Source: Carcharhinus longimanus (Eukaryota). Taken from it: 64,000 nt of DNA. Position 1 is the first letter of the stretch, and each line of letters begins with the position of its first letter. Shown piece by piece: positions 1 through 12,570 of the stretch. The stretch is taken from positions 85,274,419-85,338,418 of the forward strand of contig JASCQW010000027.1 of assembly GCA_030264375.1 (NCBI GenBank), given 5' to 3'. The translations under genes and the position numbers were made by a program. Under the pieces are notes generated by a model. The model did no database searches. It worked only from the letters and a program-made list of their open reading frames with translations, and was not told the DNA's origin.

Positions 1-271
1 GTTTTCTGCCATACATCCAATAATTTAACATCCATGGAGCAGAGTAGACATGAGAAATGTCTCACTCAATGACTCAGTTCTTTTCCTTAGTTGTGAGCCT
101 TTATTCAGTTCTTAATTTCAGCGCAGCTATATTGGAACTTCAATATTCAATGAACCCATATTTTTCCTCGAATAACTAATTAATATGTATTTCAAAGTAA
201 TACATACATAGGATTGTACAAATCAAAAATAGATTTTGTGTTCTGAGTTTTACAACCACGGGTCTTATTGT

Positions 272-640
272 TACTCACTCGTGGGACATGTGTGTCACTG
301 GCTGGCCAGCATTTATTGCCCATCCCTCGTTGTCCTTGGGAAGATGGTAGTGAGCTGCCTTCTTGAAACACTGTAGTCCACATGCTGTGGGTTGACCCAT
401 AATGCCATTAGGGAGTGAATTCCAGGATTTTGACCCAGCAACTGTGAAGGAATGACAATATATTTCCAAGTCAGAATGGTGAGTGGCTTGGAGGGGAACT
501 TGCAGAGAGTGGTATTCCCATGTATCTGCTGCCCTTGTCTCTCTAGATGGAAATGGTCATAGGTTTGGAAGATGTTGTCTAAGGACCTTTGGTGAATTTC
601 TGCAGTGTATCTTGTAGGTCGTACAGTATCTACAGATAGG
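272..640 (-). mobile_element. 3' end of CR1/L2-group LINE (ORF2 C-terminus + 3'UTR), decayed
   Basis: Minus-strand peptides CTTYKIHCRNSPKVLRQHLPN and HSFTVAGSKSWNSLPN..FKKAAHYHL (WNSLP motif of CR1/L2 ORF2 end); tail gggcaataaatgctggcc. Confidence 0.8.
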
Positions 641-940
641 ACAGTCAATACTCTGCCTTTTGTGAACAGCCAAAGGTGTTGCCTGATATAATCTGCCAGT
701 CATTGGGATGTATGGCTTGCCATTGCACTGGCAGTGAAATTTATATCCCACATTGCTCATTTGTGTGGTAGACAGAACATCTTTTTGGTTTGAATGGAAT
801 ATCCTGTAAATGGAAAACACCAGAGGTGTTGCCATTGTATAATAACAACGTGAAATGACCAGATTCACTTGTTGCTCAATTTTTTTTAGATAATTTACCC
901 TTCCAGATTGTTTTTAGTTCCCGTTTTTAAGGGGCTAAGT
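641..940 (-). mobile_element. Penelope-like element, GIY-YIG endonuclease fragment
   Basis: ORF 557..868 segment SRCYYTMATPLVFS..QKDVLSTTQMSNVGYKFHCQC resembles the PLE 'KD.L...SNVVY.F.C.C...Y.G' motif. Confidence 0.7.
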
Positions 941-1419
941 ACCATATACTATGACAAGCTACTTCACTTTTTGCGGAGTAGATCCAGGGAACACAGCCTG
1001 TGCTGAAAAGGATGGTCAACTCTGAAATTAATCTGTGGAAACAGTGGGCTTGATATTAATCTCCACAGATGGGTCAAGTCAGATTTGCAAAATACAACCC
1101 GAACAAGCTAGAAATGCACCTGTTTCTGTTTGTATCATGGTGAGATTCCAGACATCCCTGAAGGCAGGTCTGTCATTATAATATGTTAACGAGGTTCTTT
1201 TCATGTGATTTTGACAATAATTTGAAATTAACACTTTTGCATGGATTTCCCAAGATTTACAAACTCATCAATGGAGCAGAAGCTAGTTAGAAAGGTATTT
1301 TAGTTGGAAGATTGAAGGTTAGTGTTCCAACACGAATAAAGACATTGTGCTCACAGCTGTTCTCTGAGAAATAGTTCAGCATACCAATCATTGTGATAGA
1401 CTTAATTGAAATTGAAATT

Positions 1420-1932
1420 TGGCATGTCAGCTACAACTCTCGCTAACTTTTACTGATGCGCCACAGAAAGCATTCTTTCTGGTTGTATCATAGCTTGGTA
1501 TGGTTCCTGCTCTGCCCAAGGCTGCAAGAAGCTACAAAAGGTTGTGAATGTAGCCCAATCCATCACGCAAAGCAGCCTCCATCCATTGACCCTGCCTATA
1601 TTTCCTGCTGCCTTGGAAAAGTAGCCAGCATAATTAAGGATCCCACACTCCCCGGACATACTCTCTTCCACCTTCTTCCATCGGGAAAAAGATACAAAAA
1701 TCTGAGGTCATGTACAAACTGACTCAAGAGCAGCCTCTTCCCTGCTGCTGTCAGACTTTTGAATGGACCTACCTTACGTTAAGTTGATCTTTCTCTACAC
1801 CCTAGCTATGACTACATTCTGCACTCTCTCATTTCCTTCTCTATGCACAGTATGCTTTGTCTGTATATGTGCAAGAAACAATACTTTTCACTGTATACTA
1901 ATACACGTTATAATAATAAATCAAATCAAATC
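1420..1932 (+). mobile_element. Rex1/Babar-type LINE 3' end
   Basis: GKVASIIKDPTLPGHTLFHLLPSGKRYKNLRS..SLFPAAVRLLN C-terminus; tail aataaatcaaatcaaatc. Confidence 0.85.
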
Positions 1933-2469
1933 TACAGCGTGGTATGTTGACACATGGAATGTTGGGATGACTGACTATTTCAGATTAGAATTTGGGCAAG
2001 GAACCTAATCAGCATCCACAGCAGTCAAAGCACACGGGAGAGGGATCTGTAGTGGACAACAGAGAAGGGAGCAATAAAGAGACTGGAAGCATCATCCACT
2101 TATCAGGGTCTAGAAACAGAGGCTCAGCTTCCTCACTGTACAGCACAGTTTCCAAAAGCTAATTATCATGTTTGGTGATCATAGACATCTGCAGCCTCCA
2201 GATGAAGACCTGCTCCCTGCTGGACAGCACATGTCGAGTACTAGCTGAGGGTTAAGGGCGAGGCACCAAGTGTGATAAGCTGACACTTGATATGAGTCCC
2301 CTTATCACACCATCCATCTCCTGAGTCAGCGCCACATCACTGTCACCTCTCTGTAGGGCAGTCTAATGATGCTCGATGCTATACTAACAAATCACACTGA
2401 TGCTCCGATGGCACCCGTGCAACATAAATTACACAACCGTCCTGTAACATCAATCAATGAATGTTGGAC

Positions 2470-3200
2470 TGGACTACTCCATATTCTGAAAGATGTGCCA
2501 GGCAGGACTGCCAGTCCCTTGCACATTTTCTGCCTCAGCCTCTATCACTATCCTTTTCATTGCTGCAATGCCTGCTCCCTGGCATTTGTGAGCTCCACTG
2601 CCTGTTGTGGCCCAACTCTGAAACTCGCTTCTGCTTTGTATTTTGTCCTGCAAGGGGACACAAGTGACGTATGAATGCCTGTAAAGTATGTGTGTCTCCA
2701 ATGGTAGCAGTTCTTTCGGTGAGGGTGAGAATCAGGATATGCTATTACGAGTGGCAATGGCACATATTTGACAAATATGTTGACAATGCCTTTTGAGGTT
2801 GTGTGCCAAGAATTGTGAGAACTGAAAGATGTGGTATCACATTACATGAAGATTGGGTTGAGTGGCAGTGGTAGATGGAGGACGTAGGAGACGAGGAGGT
2901 GCATTGAAATGAAACAATGGACACTGCTGAAACTTAAGAGAATGTGAGGAGTGATGCGGATGGAGCTCACTTGACAAGACAGATTGAGTGCGCCACAGGA
3001 TTTGGGGGAATCTGCAAATTTGTGCACCCTTACAAATTTGGTGAGTTTATCAAAAAACTTTCTATATTGGTTCCGTACCCTTAGGACAATACCTCTGCTG
3101 TTCACCTCTTAAGCCATTTCCAGCCACACCTGCTGAGGGAGAGTATCTCCTTCATAGCCCTCACTTGACTAAGAAGTAATTCAAATGGCACCTCATTTTA
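2470..3200 (-). mobile_element. Harbinger Myb/SANT-like gene relic (apparently two exons)
   Basis: Minus strand QQVWLEMA*EVNSRGIVLRVRNQYRKFFDKLTK resembles the Myb/SANT-like DNA-binding domain; a downstream acceptor (ccccttgcag, ~2648) precedes a DKIQ..ELTNAREQAL-like segment; in-frame stop. Confidence 0.6.
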
Positions 3201-3774
3201 TCAGGTTACACTTCACTTCATAAATTGCATCCAACTCCTCCAAATGGCCTTTGTGCAGTCAACAATGAAATAGCCAAGCTAAAACCCTGTGGGTAAGCAT
3301 CACTCTTGCTCACATGAGACATAAGACCTGGAAGTCAAATTATGATGAAGCATTCCTGTTGAAGTTGTACATTTCAAAGCATCCCATGATCTTCTGTGTT
3401 TATGGCCCCTTCCTACTCAGATCCTATCTCCATTTTAAATTGAGAACAATATTTCAGTGAGTGACTCACTGAAGAGCTTTCCTAAGATCAACAAAAATTA
3501 GTTAGATTTCTACCAGAAAATAACATTTTGGAATACAGTGTTTGAGAAGTAACATGAAATAAATGTTGTGCATTTAGGAAGAAAATGTGACTTTAGGCTT
3601 ATGCTTTTAAATCTCCCTACTACTGGAGTTTCCCTCGTGTCATTAACGGCTTTGTTGTAAGTTAACTGAGAGACTGATGCTATGATTAGATAGCAACTCT
3701 ATTAGTATTATACCATGTGGTTATCAAGATGGCTTCATCTAATCCTAGGGGAAGGATGTTCTAGTCCAGTTCAC

Positions 3775-3886
3775 CCCAAGACCAGAAATTCTCTCCTGAG
3801 GTCAACAGACCTTTCAGTGTCCCATCAAATTGTCTGTCCTGCCCGTAACAATTCCCACAATGGGCAGGACCGATAAATTTATTCCC
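3775..3886. mobile_element. Short (~120 bp) non-autonomous DNA transposon (MITE family A), degenerate
   Basis: Shares gaggtcaa..tgtcctgccc..gggcagga blocks with the copy at 29007-29132. Confidence 0.55.
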
Positions 3887-4429
3887 ATGTTCTTAAAAAG
3901 CTTAATATTTGGCATATGTATTAGCTTAATTATGATAGTTAAAGAATATAGTACAGACATGGCTCACAATGGCATAATCCATTTTAAGTAACTAAATCAA
4001 CAAGCTAACTGGTCACGTATCTCACTGATGTTTAGAATCTCATTTCATACAAAATGACAAACAACATTCACTTAAACAACAGTCCTGGCACATCAAATAG
4101 TTCACTGTATGTGAAAAACTCTGAGGCCTCTCTGACAGATGTGATAAGGTGTTAAATAAATACAAGTTTCTTTGCAAGATCAATTCATCCATTATTATTG
4201 CAAACTTTTTTGTTGACTTGGAGGAATTTCAGCCCTTCTGTTCTGAAACACATCCATTGTTTTGATCAGTTCAATGAGCTTCTTTATGATCTCCCATCCA
4301 TTGCCATCTGCAAACTCCATCTTGTTTAAAACCAATATTCAGATGCTGTTCCATTGCTTTGTCCTTGATGACTTGTATTGACTCTTTGTTCACCTAGTGC
4401 ATCAGATTTAAACTTATTTTCCTGAATTT

Positions 4430-4600
4430 CCTGAGCGGGATTTACCCCGCAACCCACCATGTGTTTCACAGAGATGGAGGGGGCCCAGCCTTGGTTGGCA
4501 GCAGGATCTTCTGATCCCAGCATTGACTGTGTTCCTTGTCAGATGTGCCGACACTGGAACGGAAGATCCCGCCGGCGAGAATATCCAGAAAATTCTGGCC
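4430..4600. mobile_element. MITE family B (internally hairpinned)
   Basis: Termini ctgaatttcc / gaaaattctggcc; internal ggatcttc...gaagatcc; similar to 7288-7515 and 12390-12570. Confidence 0.55.
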
Positions 4601-4607
4601 AATGCGC

Positions 4608-4728
4608 AAAGGTACAGGGAAAGAGCGCAAGAATGGCACTAAGTCACAATGTTCAGATGGAGAGCTGGAGCAGACATAATGGGCTGACTGACTGCCTTCA
4701 ACACCATAACAATTCGATGATCCTGTGA
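4608..4728 (+). mobile_element. Old CR1 3'UTR fragment
   Basis: gggaaagag..gcagacataatgggctga..cct..tgatcctgtga tail pattern. Confidence 0.45.
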
Positions 4729-5632
4729 AGTTGGGGTTGTGCGAGTGGGACATCACTTTCCAAAGAAGGGGACTCCTCAAAAACTGAGAGAGTCTCAACT
4801 CTCATCCTCATAGCTTTCAATGATGTTCTTCTAAAAAGGAAAACAAATGTGGTTTTGTCTTATTTTAATAATAGTTTAATCAGTCTTGTTTCAGGAGGTT
4901 GATGAAGCTCAGCACATTCATACAAGGAATGTTAATTAGATGTGAGGAGAAAATGTTAATGTTTTAAGAGCCAGTTTCCCCTTTCAGGGAAACTGTGGAA
5001 TCAGCTAATTTTGTGCCATAACTGATTTTTGAAGTTTCACATCTTATTTTGGCTCCCTGCACTGATTTTAATGGGGATCTAAACTGAAATACAAAGCCAT
5101 CGCAAATTAACAGCTTTGCTCAAGCTGGGACTGGAATTCCTTACTGAATGGTAAAATTCCCCATCGTAAGAAGTCTAAATCTGAAAATGATAGCTTGGAA
5201 TTAAGCCAAATGTGTAACGTTTTAGCATGGGCTTAGTAATCAGACTGATTCAGATGTGCTCCCAAGTTTCAGGGGCTTGGATTTCAAAGATTAATCTGGA
5301 TCAGATTTTAAAATTCTGCTCTTTGATTTAAATGCTTTTATTTTAGTAAATAAACTTGGTACATTTGGGCATTGGCAATATTACAGCCTGATTTACATTA
5401 ATGAAATCTATCTTGTCAGATAAAATGGGGGCTGCAATCAAGTAGGTTATTTTTGTACATTTACACAACAGTTTAACAGTCAGGTTTCAGCAGATCTACC
5501 TGATCTGCATAGCATCCGTAACAGTCTTATCTACAAATCCTGTACAAACTCTTACTACTGTTATAACCACCTCCCAGTGAGGCTCCACAAAGTTGTTGAT
5601 CTGGGTGAGATCCCTCAGATCTGTCAACAAAT

Positions 5633-5951
5633 AGGGAGAGGCAGTGGTGTAGTGGTATAATTGCTGTTCTGGGGCCTGGGTTCGAATCCCACCGTCACAG
5701 ATGGTGAAATCTGAATTCAATAAAAATCTGGAATTAGAATCTACTGATGACTATGAAAGCATTGTTAATTGTCGTAACAAACCATCTGGTTCACGCATGT
5801 CCTTTAGGGAAGGAATTTTGCTGTCCTTCCCTGGTCTGGCCTACACGTGACTCCAGAGCCACAGCAATGCGGTTGACTAAAATGTCCTCGGGGTGGTCAA
5901 TAAATGCAGGTCCTGCCACCGACACCCACATCCCCTGGACAAATAAAAAAA
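5633..5951 (+). mobile_element. tRNA-derived SINE with 3' tail shared with the LINE at 272-640
   Basis: A box (tggtgtagtgg), B box (gggttcgaatccc), core ctggttcac..cctttagggaaggaa, tail caataaatgc..gacacccacatccc + A-rich end. Confidence 0.85.
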
Positions 5952-5972
5952 TCTAACTCGAGCGCCCCAAAT

Positions 5973-6720
5973 TGTTACAAACCCGAACTGGCACCTTTCT
6001 TTTTTCAACAACCTACCTCGCACCCCCATTCCATCTACCGCTGCCCCATCCCTGTCTCTAGTCTCTGTGGGAACAACAAGCTTTAATCAAACAAGATCTA
6101 ACAAGACTCCCTTTCCTGCGGATAGCCACTCCAGACCCAAAGGTCATGTTTTTAAAAAGGAATAAATTTAACCAGGATTTACTGAGTTAAGATAGAGTGA
6201 GTTTATTAACCATTGAAAAAGCAAGGCGAAAAATGGTAAAACACATGCATGTACATTCATACAGACTGGAGGTGAGTACTGAGATATACGAGGCAGTTCC
6301 TGATTCATGAAGAGTGTGTGATGAAGTGTGTGACTATTACGATTCAAGATTCCAGTAGAGTTGACTTCGGTAGGCGAATAGTTGGTTCTTTGATTCCAGT
6401 CTTCTGTGGTTTGGCAAGGAACTCCCGAGGTCTCTTTTCAACTGCAATCCTATTGCTTGCTGGGGCTGATTTCCACAGTCAGACTGAGAGAGGTTCGAAA
6501 TGGCTATTTTGCAGGGGCACCGTTGGCTGTTTCTGCTACTATGTCACACACCTTCAGTGTGAAAAACTTCCATCTGCTAATTCTCACATAAACAGCTCTT
6601 TCAGCTGCCTTTTAACCCATTCTTTCCATATCCTCACTGGAAAGCTGAGTCTACAATTCCATCTAAGCAATGGCTCCAGCTGTGGGACAGATTGGAAAAC
6701 CCCAGCATATGGGTCAGCTG
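5973..6720 (-). mobile_element. Probable solo LTR / LTR-like segment
   Basis: Starts tgttaca; minus-strand AATAAA (tttatt ~6202); LTR-like composition; far end not resolved. Confidence 0.35.
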
Positions 6721-7120
6721 CAAAGGCACTGATGTTCTACTTTCTGCCCAATGAATAAAACAATCAGCTCCAGAGGCACAAAGCAAGAAGCAGTACAGCC
6801 AATCGACATTGCACACGCTTGAGGAAACTAGCAATCAAACAGGACTTTGGTGACATGTAAAATTTTTAATTGAAAATAAAAACACAGATCACTGGAAGTT
6901 GTCTCTTCAGCCAACTATGTCAAAAAGCACTGGAGGAAAATAGAAAACTGTAGAGCTGTTACAGCTAGGCCACTAACACGCTCTGAGTCCAGACCTACTG
7001 AAGCTAAGGTTGCCAGAAGCCATATTTTTATGTTTAACTCCTGTAAACACTGTTCATTGCTTATGTGCCACAAAGCCACCTGCAAAGCAACAACAGCTAC
7101 TGCACAAAGAGTTGTGACTT

Positions 7121-7283
7121 CATAGAATCATAGAATCCCTACAGTACAGAAGTAGGCCATTCGGCTCGAGTCTGCACCTGCCACAATCCACCCAGGCCCA
7201 ACCCCGTAACCCCACCTATTTATCCTGTTAATACCCCTCATGTTTATCAATTTATCATGACCAATCCACCCAACCTTGTCCAA
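7121..7283 (-). mobile_element. HE1-type SINE, 3' portion
   Basis: catagaatcatagaatccctacagt tail on the minus strand, matching 59685-59977. Confidence 0.85.
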
Positions 7284-7287
7284 ACAA

Positions 7288-7515
7288 TGGGTGGGATTCT
7301 CCGGCTGTTCACTGGCAGTGGGATTTGCTAGTCCTATCCGCCCACAGGTTTCCCGGCAGGGTGGGGTGGTTTCAATGGGTTTCAATGTCAGCGGCAGGAC
7401 CAGAGAATTCCATCGCCAACAAGCGACATGCCACCTCCCACCACCAAGAAACACAGGTCCAGGAGACCCGGAGAACGCTGTGGCGGTATTAGCCACGCTG
7501 GGCAGAGTGTCCTGC
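7288..7515. mobile_element. MITE family B
   Basis: Left terminus gggtgggattctcc; internal inverted blocks; CpG-rich. Confidence 0.55.
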
Positions 7516-10369
7516 TATCAATAAACAGTGTAAAACATGTAGAAAACCCAGCCACTTTGCTCACTTTTGCCCTTCATCAGCAAAATCAACTGCTAAGACC
7601 AGTACCAAAAGTGCCACGTACCATGCCATAGTAAATAGGAGAGAGGATGAAGCCAAAATAGAGGCAGGTTATCCTGAACATACTTTCACGCAAAGTCTTT
7701 CCAATGCAACATTGCCACATGTAACAGTGACCATGGTCGCTCGGACATAGATGCTTTCATAGATACAGAAGAATCTAGCAATGTTACAAGAAACAAAATG
7801 ATCAGCTAATATCAGGATTATCCAATTCTCCACAAACCAGGGAATCAGAAAACTTCCCTTCACCAACAGTGATAAATCACTAAACATTCTCAGGACTTTT
7901 TGAAACATCAGCTTAATTTAAATGCACCAGGTGAGGGCTATATTTTATGTAATATTTGGAAAATGTCACACACTCATTAACTTTCAGCAACAGTTTTGCA
8001 CATGGTTGCCGTCACATATGCAATTCCTGTGCATACAAGCAACATTTTTGAATTCTATGCTAACCACTTCAATGGTATTTACAAACTGAGGTCAGATTTC
8101 AGGTAGACTCCAACATGTTCCCTGCAGCACATCAACAGCAGCCAATACTAATTATCAGGAAGCAGTCTCAGAAGGAACATCAGTGTCTACTTGACCTCGA
8201 CATTAGTGAGAAAGTTGACGGTGAGCCTACCCCTTTGCTCTCACACATACAATTTGTCAAAAACCCAAAAATTGCCAAACCAAGTCATAAAATGGATAAC
8301 AAACTTGACACCAACAATCAATGACATCTTAGAGAAAGTGGTACAGAACGCTTCACTGAATTTGACCTCGATGCAGGCTGTGTTCAGATCAAGCTTGCAG
8401 AAGACTCAGGGTATGTTATAGTATTCTCTATCCATATCCAACTTTTTGATACAAGAAGTTGAACTTTGGAGTCAATTCAGCAGCTGAGATATTTCAATGC
8501 ATGGTACAGTCCGCACTTCAAGGACTTGAAGGCACTCTGAGCAGCAGTAATGGCATTCTCATTTATACTCAGATTGAAAGTGACCTCCCAGAAACACCTA
8601 TATACATGCCCACACAAAATATAACCTCACCTTGAACAAAGACGGAGCAGCACCTGATCCACAGGAAGCTGAAGATATTGAAAATCGTTTGGATGCTATA
8701 AATGTACAGGAGACTCAAAGCCTGTTAGGGCTCATTTCAAACTGTAGTTGCTTCATTACTGACCTCACTATGCGAAATGCCCCCCAACATGATCTGACAA
8801 AAGAGACCACCGAGTAGGAGTAGATTACATCGCACAAGCAGCTTGTACACAGTATCAAACAATGGTTATCAGCAAGTTGCACAAATGCCTAATTCGACCC
8901 GAGGAAACAACCCTGCCAGTGTGCCTGCAAGTCCATTTGTCTTAAGTACAGTTGCCTTGCAAAATTACAAGTCAGGTAACCTATCAGTCATTTCATGACA
9001 AGTAGTTCATTAACACCCGTAGAGTTGAATAATTTTCAATCAGGGAAGCACTCTCAATCATATGAGTGTCTTACACTTTCAACTCTATTTGTATGGAAGC
9101 TAATTTGAAGTCATAACCTATTACTGATAAGTAAGCTTGTTCAAAATCCACATAGCAAATCACCTACTCAAATTGAGGTCAGAATTCTCATCCACAGCTG
9201 GTATTCTCTGGTCCCACTGCTGTGAATGGAATGTCAATTCTCCATTTTCGCTTGCAGCGGTGGCGGGCGAATGAGATTGGAGAATCCCAACCAGAATATT
9301 TGATATTGAAGCTACAAGAGTAGGAGTTCCATGTTGAGTGTCAGGTATTGTCAACCAAGTGGACTAAATTCAGGTTTACCATTGTTAACAGTTGGTCCTA
9401 ACAGTTGGTGAGCAAAAGGCTGCTGAATAACATCTTAACTACATAAACCTGAATGCAATCCCTAAGTCACTAAAACTAGTTGACCTCAAAGCACCAACAA
9501 GACCAAAATGAGGTGTTGCAAATGTGTACGGCAGCTATGGAGTCACAGAATAGGAAAGACATGATCAAGAGAATATCTACAAATAAAATTACTCATACAT
9601 CGCTATGGTTTCACAATGTTTTAAATGCGCTCATTGTTATAACCAAATCTGATCTTGTGTTATGTAAGTGCTGCATTCTCATTCCACAATCATTGAGGGA
9701 ATGTGTTGTCAGTAAAGCAGGTGAAGGTGACTAGGGAATTGTCCAAACCAAACAACTGCTTCAGAAAACGGTATGGTTTCCAGAAAATAACTGCATAATT
9801 GAGTACTGAATCAGTCAACATTTGCCATAACAAGCAGCCACAATATTAACATTTTTGTGATCCTCTCAAGGTGTCTGAACTATCTCCAGGATCATGGATT
9901 GAGGCCAGTGTTGATTTCATAGACATGCATACTGATAAGTACCTGTTGGTTGTCACTCACAACAATAGCAGATTCCCAGTTGTGGAAATACTACTTCAAC
10001 AAAAGAAGTCATCCCAAAACTTAACCAGACATTTCCTTTGTTCAGGGTCCCTCACACAACGAGAATTGACAATGGACTCTCATTCAAAAATGATGAGTTT
10101 GATAATTTTTTGAATTACCTGGGTTTCACTGATTGAAATATTACATCCCACTGGCTGAGAACTAATGGAGGAGTCGAGAGATTTACACCGACCTTGAAGA
10201 TTGTGACACGTGATGATTATGTTGGAAAGCAAACAGCTGCCTATGACATCCAATCATTTATTGTGACCATCACAAAAGAATCAATGATCACTTCTGAGCA
10301 TGGTTCACAAATCATCACACAAACTTTGTCAGTCTTCAAAGGGACAGGAATGGTTGTTGGTAGTTCTGG

Positions 10370-11258
10370 GGTATAGATGTTTCATTAAGAGTAGGGGAGG
10401 CAGTTAAAGAGGTGGAGGAATAGCATTGTTAATCAAAGATAGTTCAATGGATGCTGAAAGGCATTTCGAGGGCAATCTGCCTATTGAGGTAATATGGGCT
10501 GAAGTTAGAAACAGAAAAGGATCGGTCACGCTGTTAGGAGTTTTATATAGATCCCCAAATATCAATAGAGATGTGGAGGAGGAAATAGCAAAGCAGATTA
10601 TGGATAGGTGTGGAGGTCAAAGGGTAGTTATCATGGGTGGCTTTAACTTTCCAAATATTGATTGGAAGCTTTATAGGTCGAATAGTTCGGATGGGACATT
10701 TTTTGTACAGTGTGTGCAGGAGGGTTTCCTGACACCATATGTGGATAAGCCAACAAGAGGTGGGACCACACTGGACTTGGTACTGGGTAATGAATCAGGC
10801 CAAGTGTTAGATTTGTTTGTGGGGGAGCACTTTGGAGATAGTGACCACAATTTGGTATCCTTCATTATTGCAATGGAGAAGGATAGAGTCACACGGCAGG
10901 GCAAGGTTTATAATTAGGGCAGGGGTAATAATGATGTGATTAGGCAAGAATTAAGGAGCATAAAATGGGAACAGAAACTGTCAGGTGTGGGCACAAACTA
11001 AAAGTGGAGTTTCTTCAAGGAACAAATACTGTGTGTCCTTGATAGGTATGTCCCTGTCAGGCAGGGAGGAAATGGCCGAGTGAGGGAACCNNNNNNNNNN
11101 NNNNNNNNNNNNNNNNNNNNNNNNNNNNNNNNNNNNNNNNNNNNNNNNNNNNNNNNNNNNNNNNNNNNNNNNNNNNNNNNNNNNNNNNNNGCTCGGCACA
11201 ACATTGAGGGCCAAAGGGCCTGTACTGTGCTGTAATGTTCTATGTTCTGTGTTCTATC
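10370..11258 (+). mobile_element. CR1 LINE (ORF2 endonuclease, internal gap, 3' tail) nested in the Gypsy element
   Basis: ORF 10426-10917: GVLYRSPN..GGFNFPNIDW..KPTRGGTTLDLVL..EHFGDSDHN (APE domain); after the gap, gggcctgtactgtgctgtaatgttctatgttct tail. Confidence 0.92.
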
Positions 11259-11539
11259 TACTGAAAATGCCATTGGTGAGCATTGAGCCAAATCAGATAT
11301 TGCCATCTCAGATGAAGAACTCGTGTTAAGTGAAATTACACCTGATACCCTAAGAATAGGAGTTCCCAATCAGATGTCCACAGACACTCACAGTTCCATG
11401 AGAGGGTTCCAGGGGTTCCATGTAACCAAAAGAAAGTACTTTTCTCAAACTTGAAAACACAACCATGCAAATTAACTATGCGCAGATAAGTCAGTTGAAG
11501 AAGCAAAGATTTGGGACAGAGTAAGGGTCACAAATCAAA

Positions 11540-12210
11540 GAAAAATAAATGCTGAAACTGACAAGTGGAGCCCAGCCTCTCTGAGCATTGGTTTCTGAGG
11601 GACTGATTAGTGAATCTATCGGTAGCCAATGCTCAGAGACAGCAGGCTTCGATTGGCCAATTTTAATTTTTGTTTTATGCTCTGTTGCTGGGCAGAATAG
11701 TGGCTGAGTGAGTGGAGGATGGCCTATCTGGTGAACGAGTGGTGGTAGTGGAGATAAGTATTCTTACTCAGTAAGAGAAATTGTCAGCTTGTCAGTGTCA
11801 ATCACACCCTGAGAACACATTTTTTCTGAAAAAAGTAAATCCTGGCAATCCTAACTAAAAACTGTGCAAGGGATTGGACATGGGAGGGACACATTGGCAG
11901 AGGATTCATGGGTGGGGAATGTTTTGAGAGAGGATTCATGGTGGCCAGTCTTGGGAGGGTATTCATAGGAGGAGGGTTTGGGAGAGGATTCATAGCAGGG
12001 GCACAGGAGGAGGGCATTGGCAAGAGATTCAAGGGGGGGGCTTTGGCAGGAGATTCATGTGAGGGGGAATGATGGAAGGAGGGCTTTGGGAAGAGATTAA
12101 TGTAAGGGGGCGAAAATGTGTCATCAACATGAAAAGATTGTTTTGAGTTCTGCAATGATCTTTGGAGGTCACTAGGGATAGTGCAGGTGGAAAAGTTTGG
12201 GAAACCTTGC
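11540..12210. mobile_element. Probable hAT-type non-autonomous element with internal hairpin and minisatellite
   Basis: Right end aaaagtttgggaaaccttg resembles Charlie-type termini; left end not resolved. Confidence 0.4.
11880..12110. repeat. Degenerate G-rich minisatellite (~25-30 bp unit, core gagaggattcatg)
   Basis: About seven variants of ggattcat/gattcat separated by G-rich spacers. Confidence 0.75.
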
Positions 12211-12389
12211 CCTTGCTTAAGTGTCTATGTTACAAGTGAATTATTTTCAACTGGTGAACAAATCTTTCATCTCATCGTATATAATTGAGTGTATTGTTAT
12301 ACTAACACTAGTTACAATATGTAATAAATTGAATGTTCTAGTTACATTTATTACTGAGACTTTGGAGACAATTGATTGAAACATGCAAT

Positions 12390-12570
12390 GGCCAAGATTT
12401 TCTGGTCCTCCCTCAGTGGGCTTTCCTGTGGTGGAGGCAGTTCACCATTGACCACTAGTGGAATCTTCCGATCCTGCCAAAGTAATTGGATATTTGTGTT
12501 GCTCTCTCGCCCCACTGCCGGGGAACCCACCACAGGGAGTCACCTTTGGAAGGACTGGAAGATCCTGCCA
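12390..12570. mobile_element. MITE family B
   Basis: TIR-like ggccaagattttctggtcct / aggactggaagatcctgcc. Confidence 0.6.

Larger units (their letters stand above)
4180..4830 (-). mobile_element. Ancient RTE-clade LINE ORF fragment, interrupted by a MITE and a CR1 tail
   Basis: Joined minus-strand pieces EESPSLESDVPLAQPQL / ENK..D / VNKESIQVIKDKAMEQHLNI align by eye to the RTE pre-RT motif EPDILECEVKWAL..NKA.G.D.I..EL.Q.LKD.A. Confidence 0.45.

Noticed and set aside
5633-5700. tRNA gene
   Set aside because: A/B boxes belong to SINE heads; no complete cloverleaf here or at the other SINE copies
10426-10917. 163-aa ORF as a host gene
   Set aside because: It is the CR1 endonuclease, stopped prematurely
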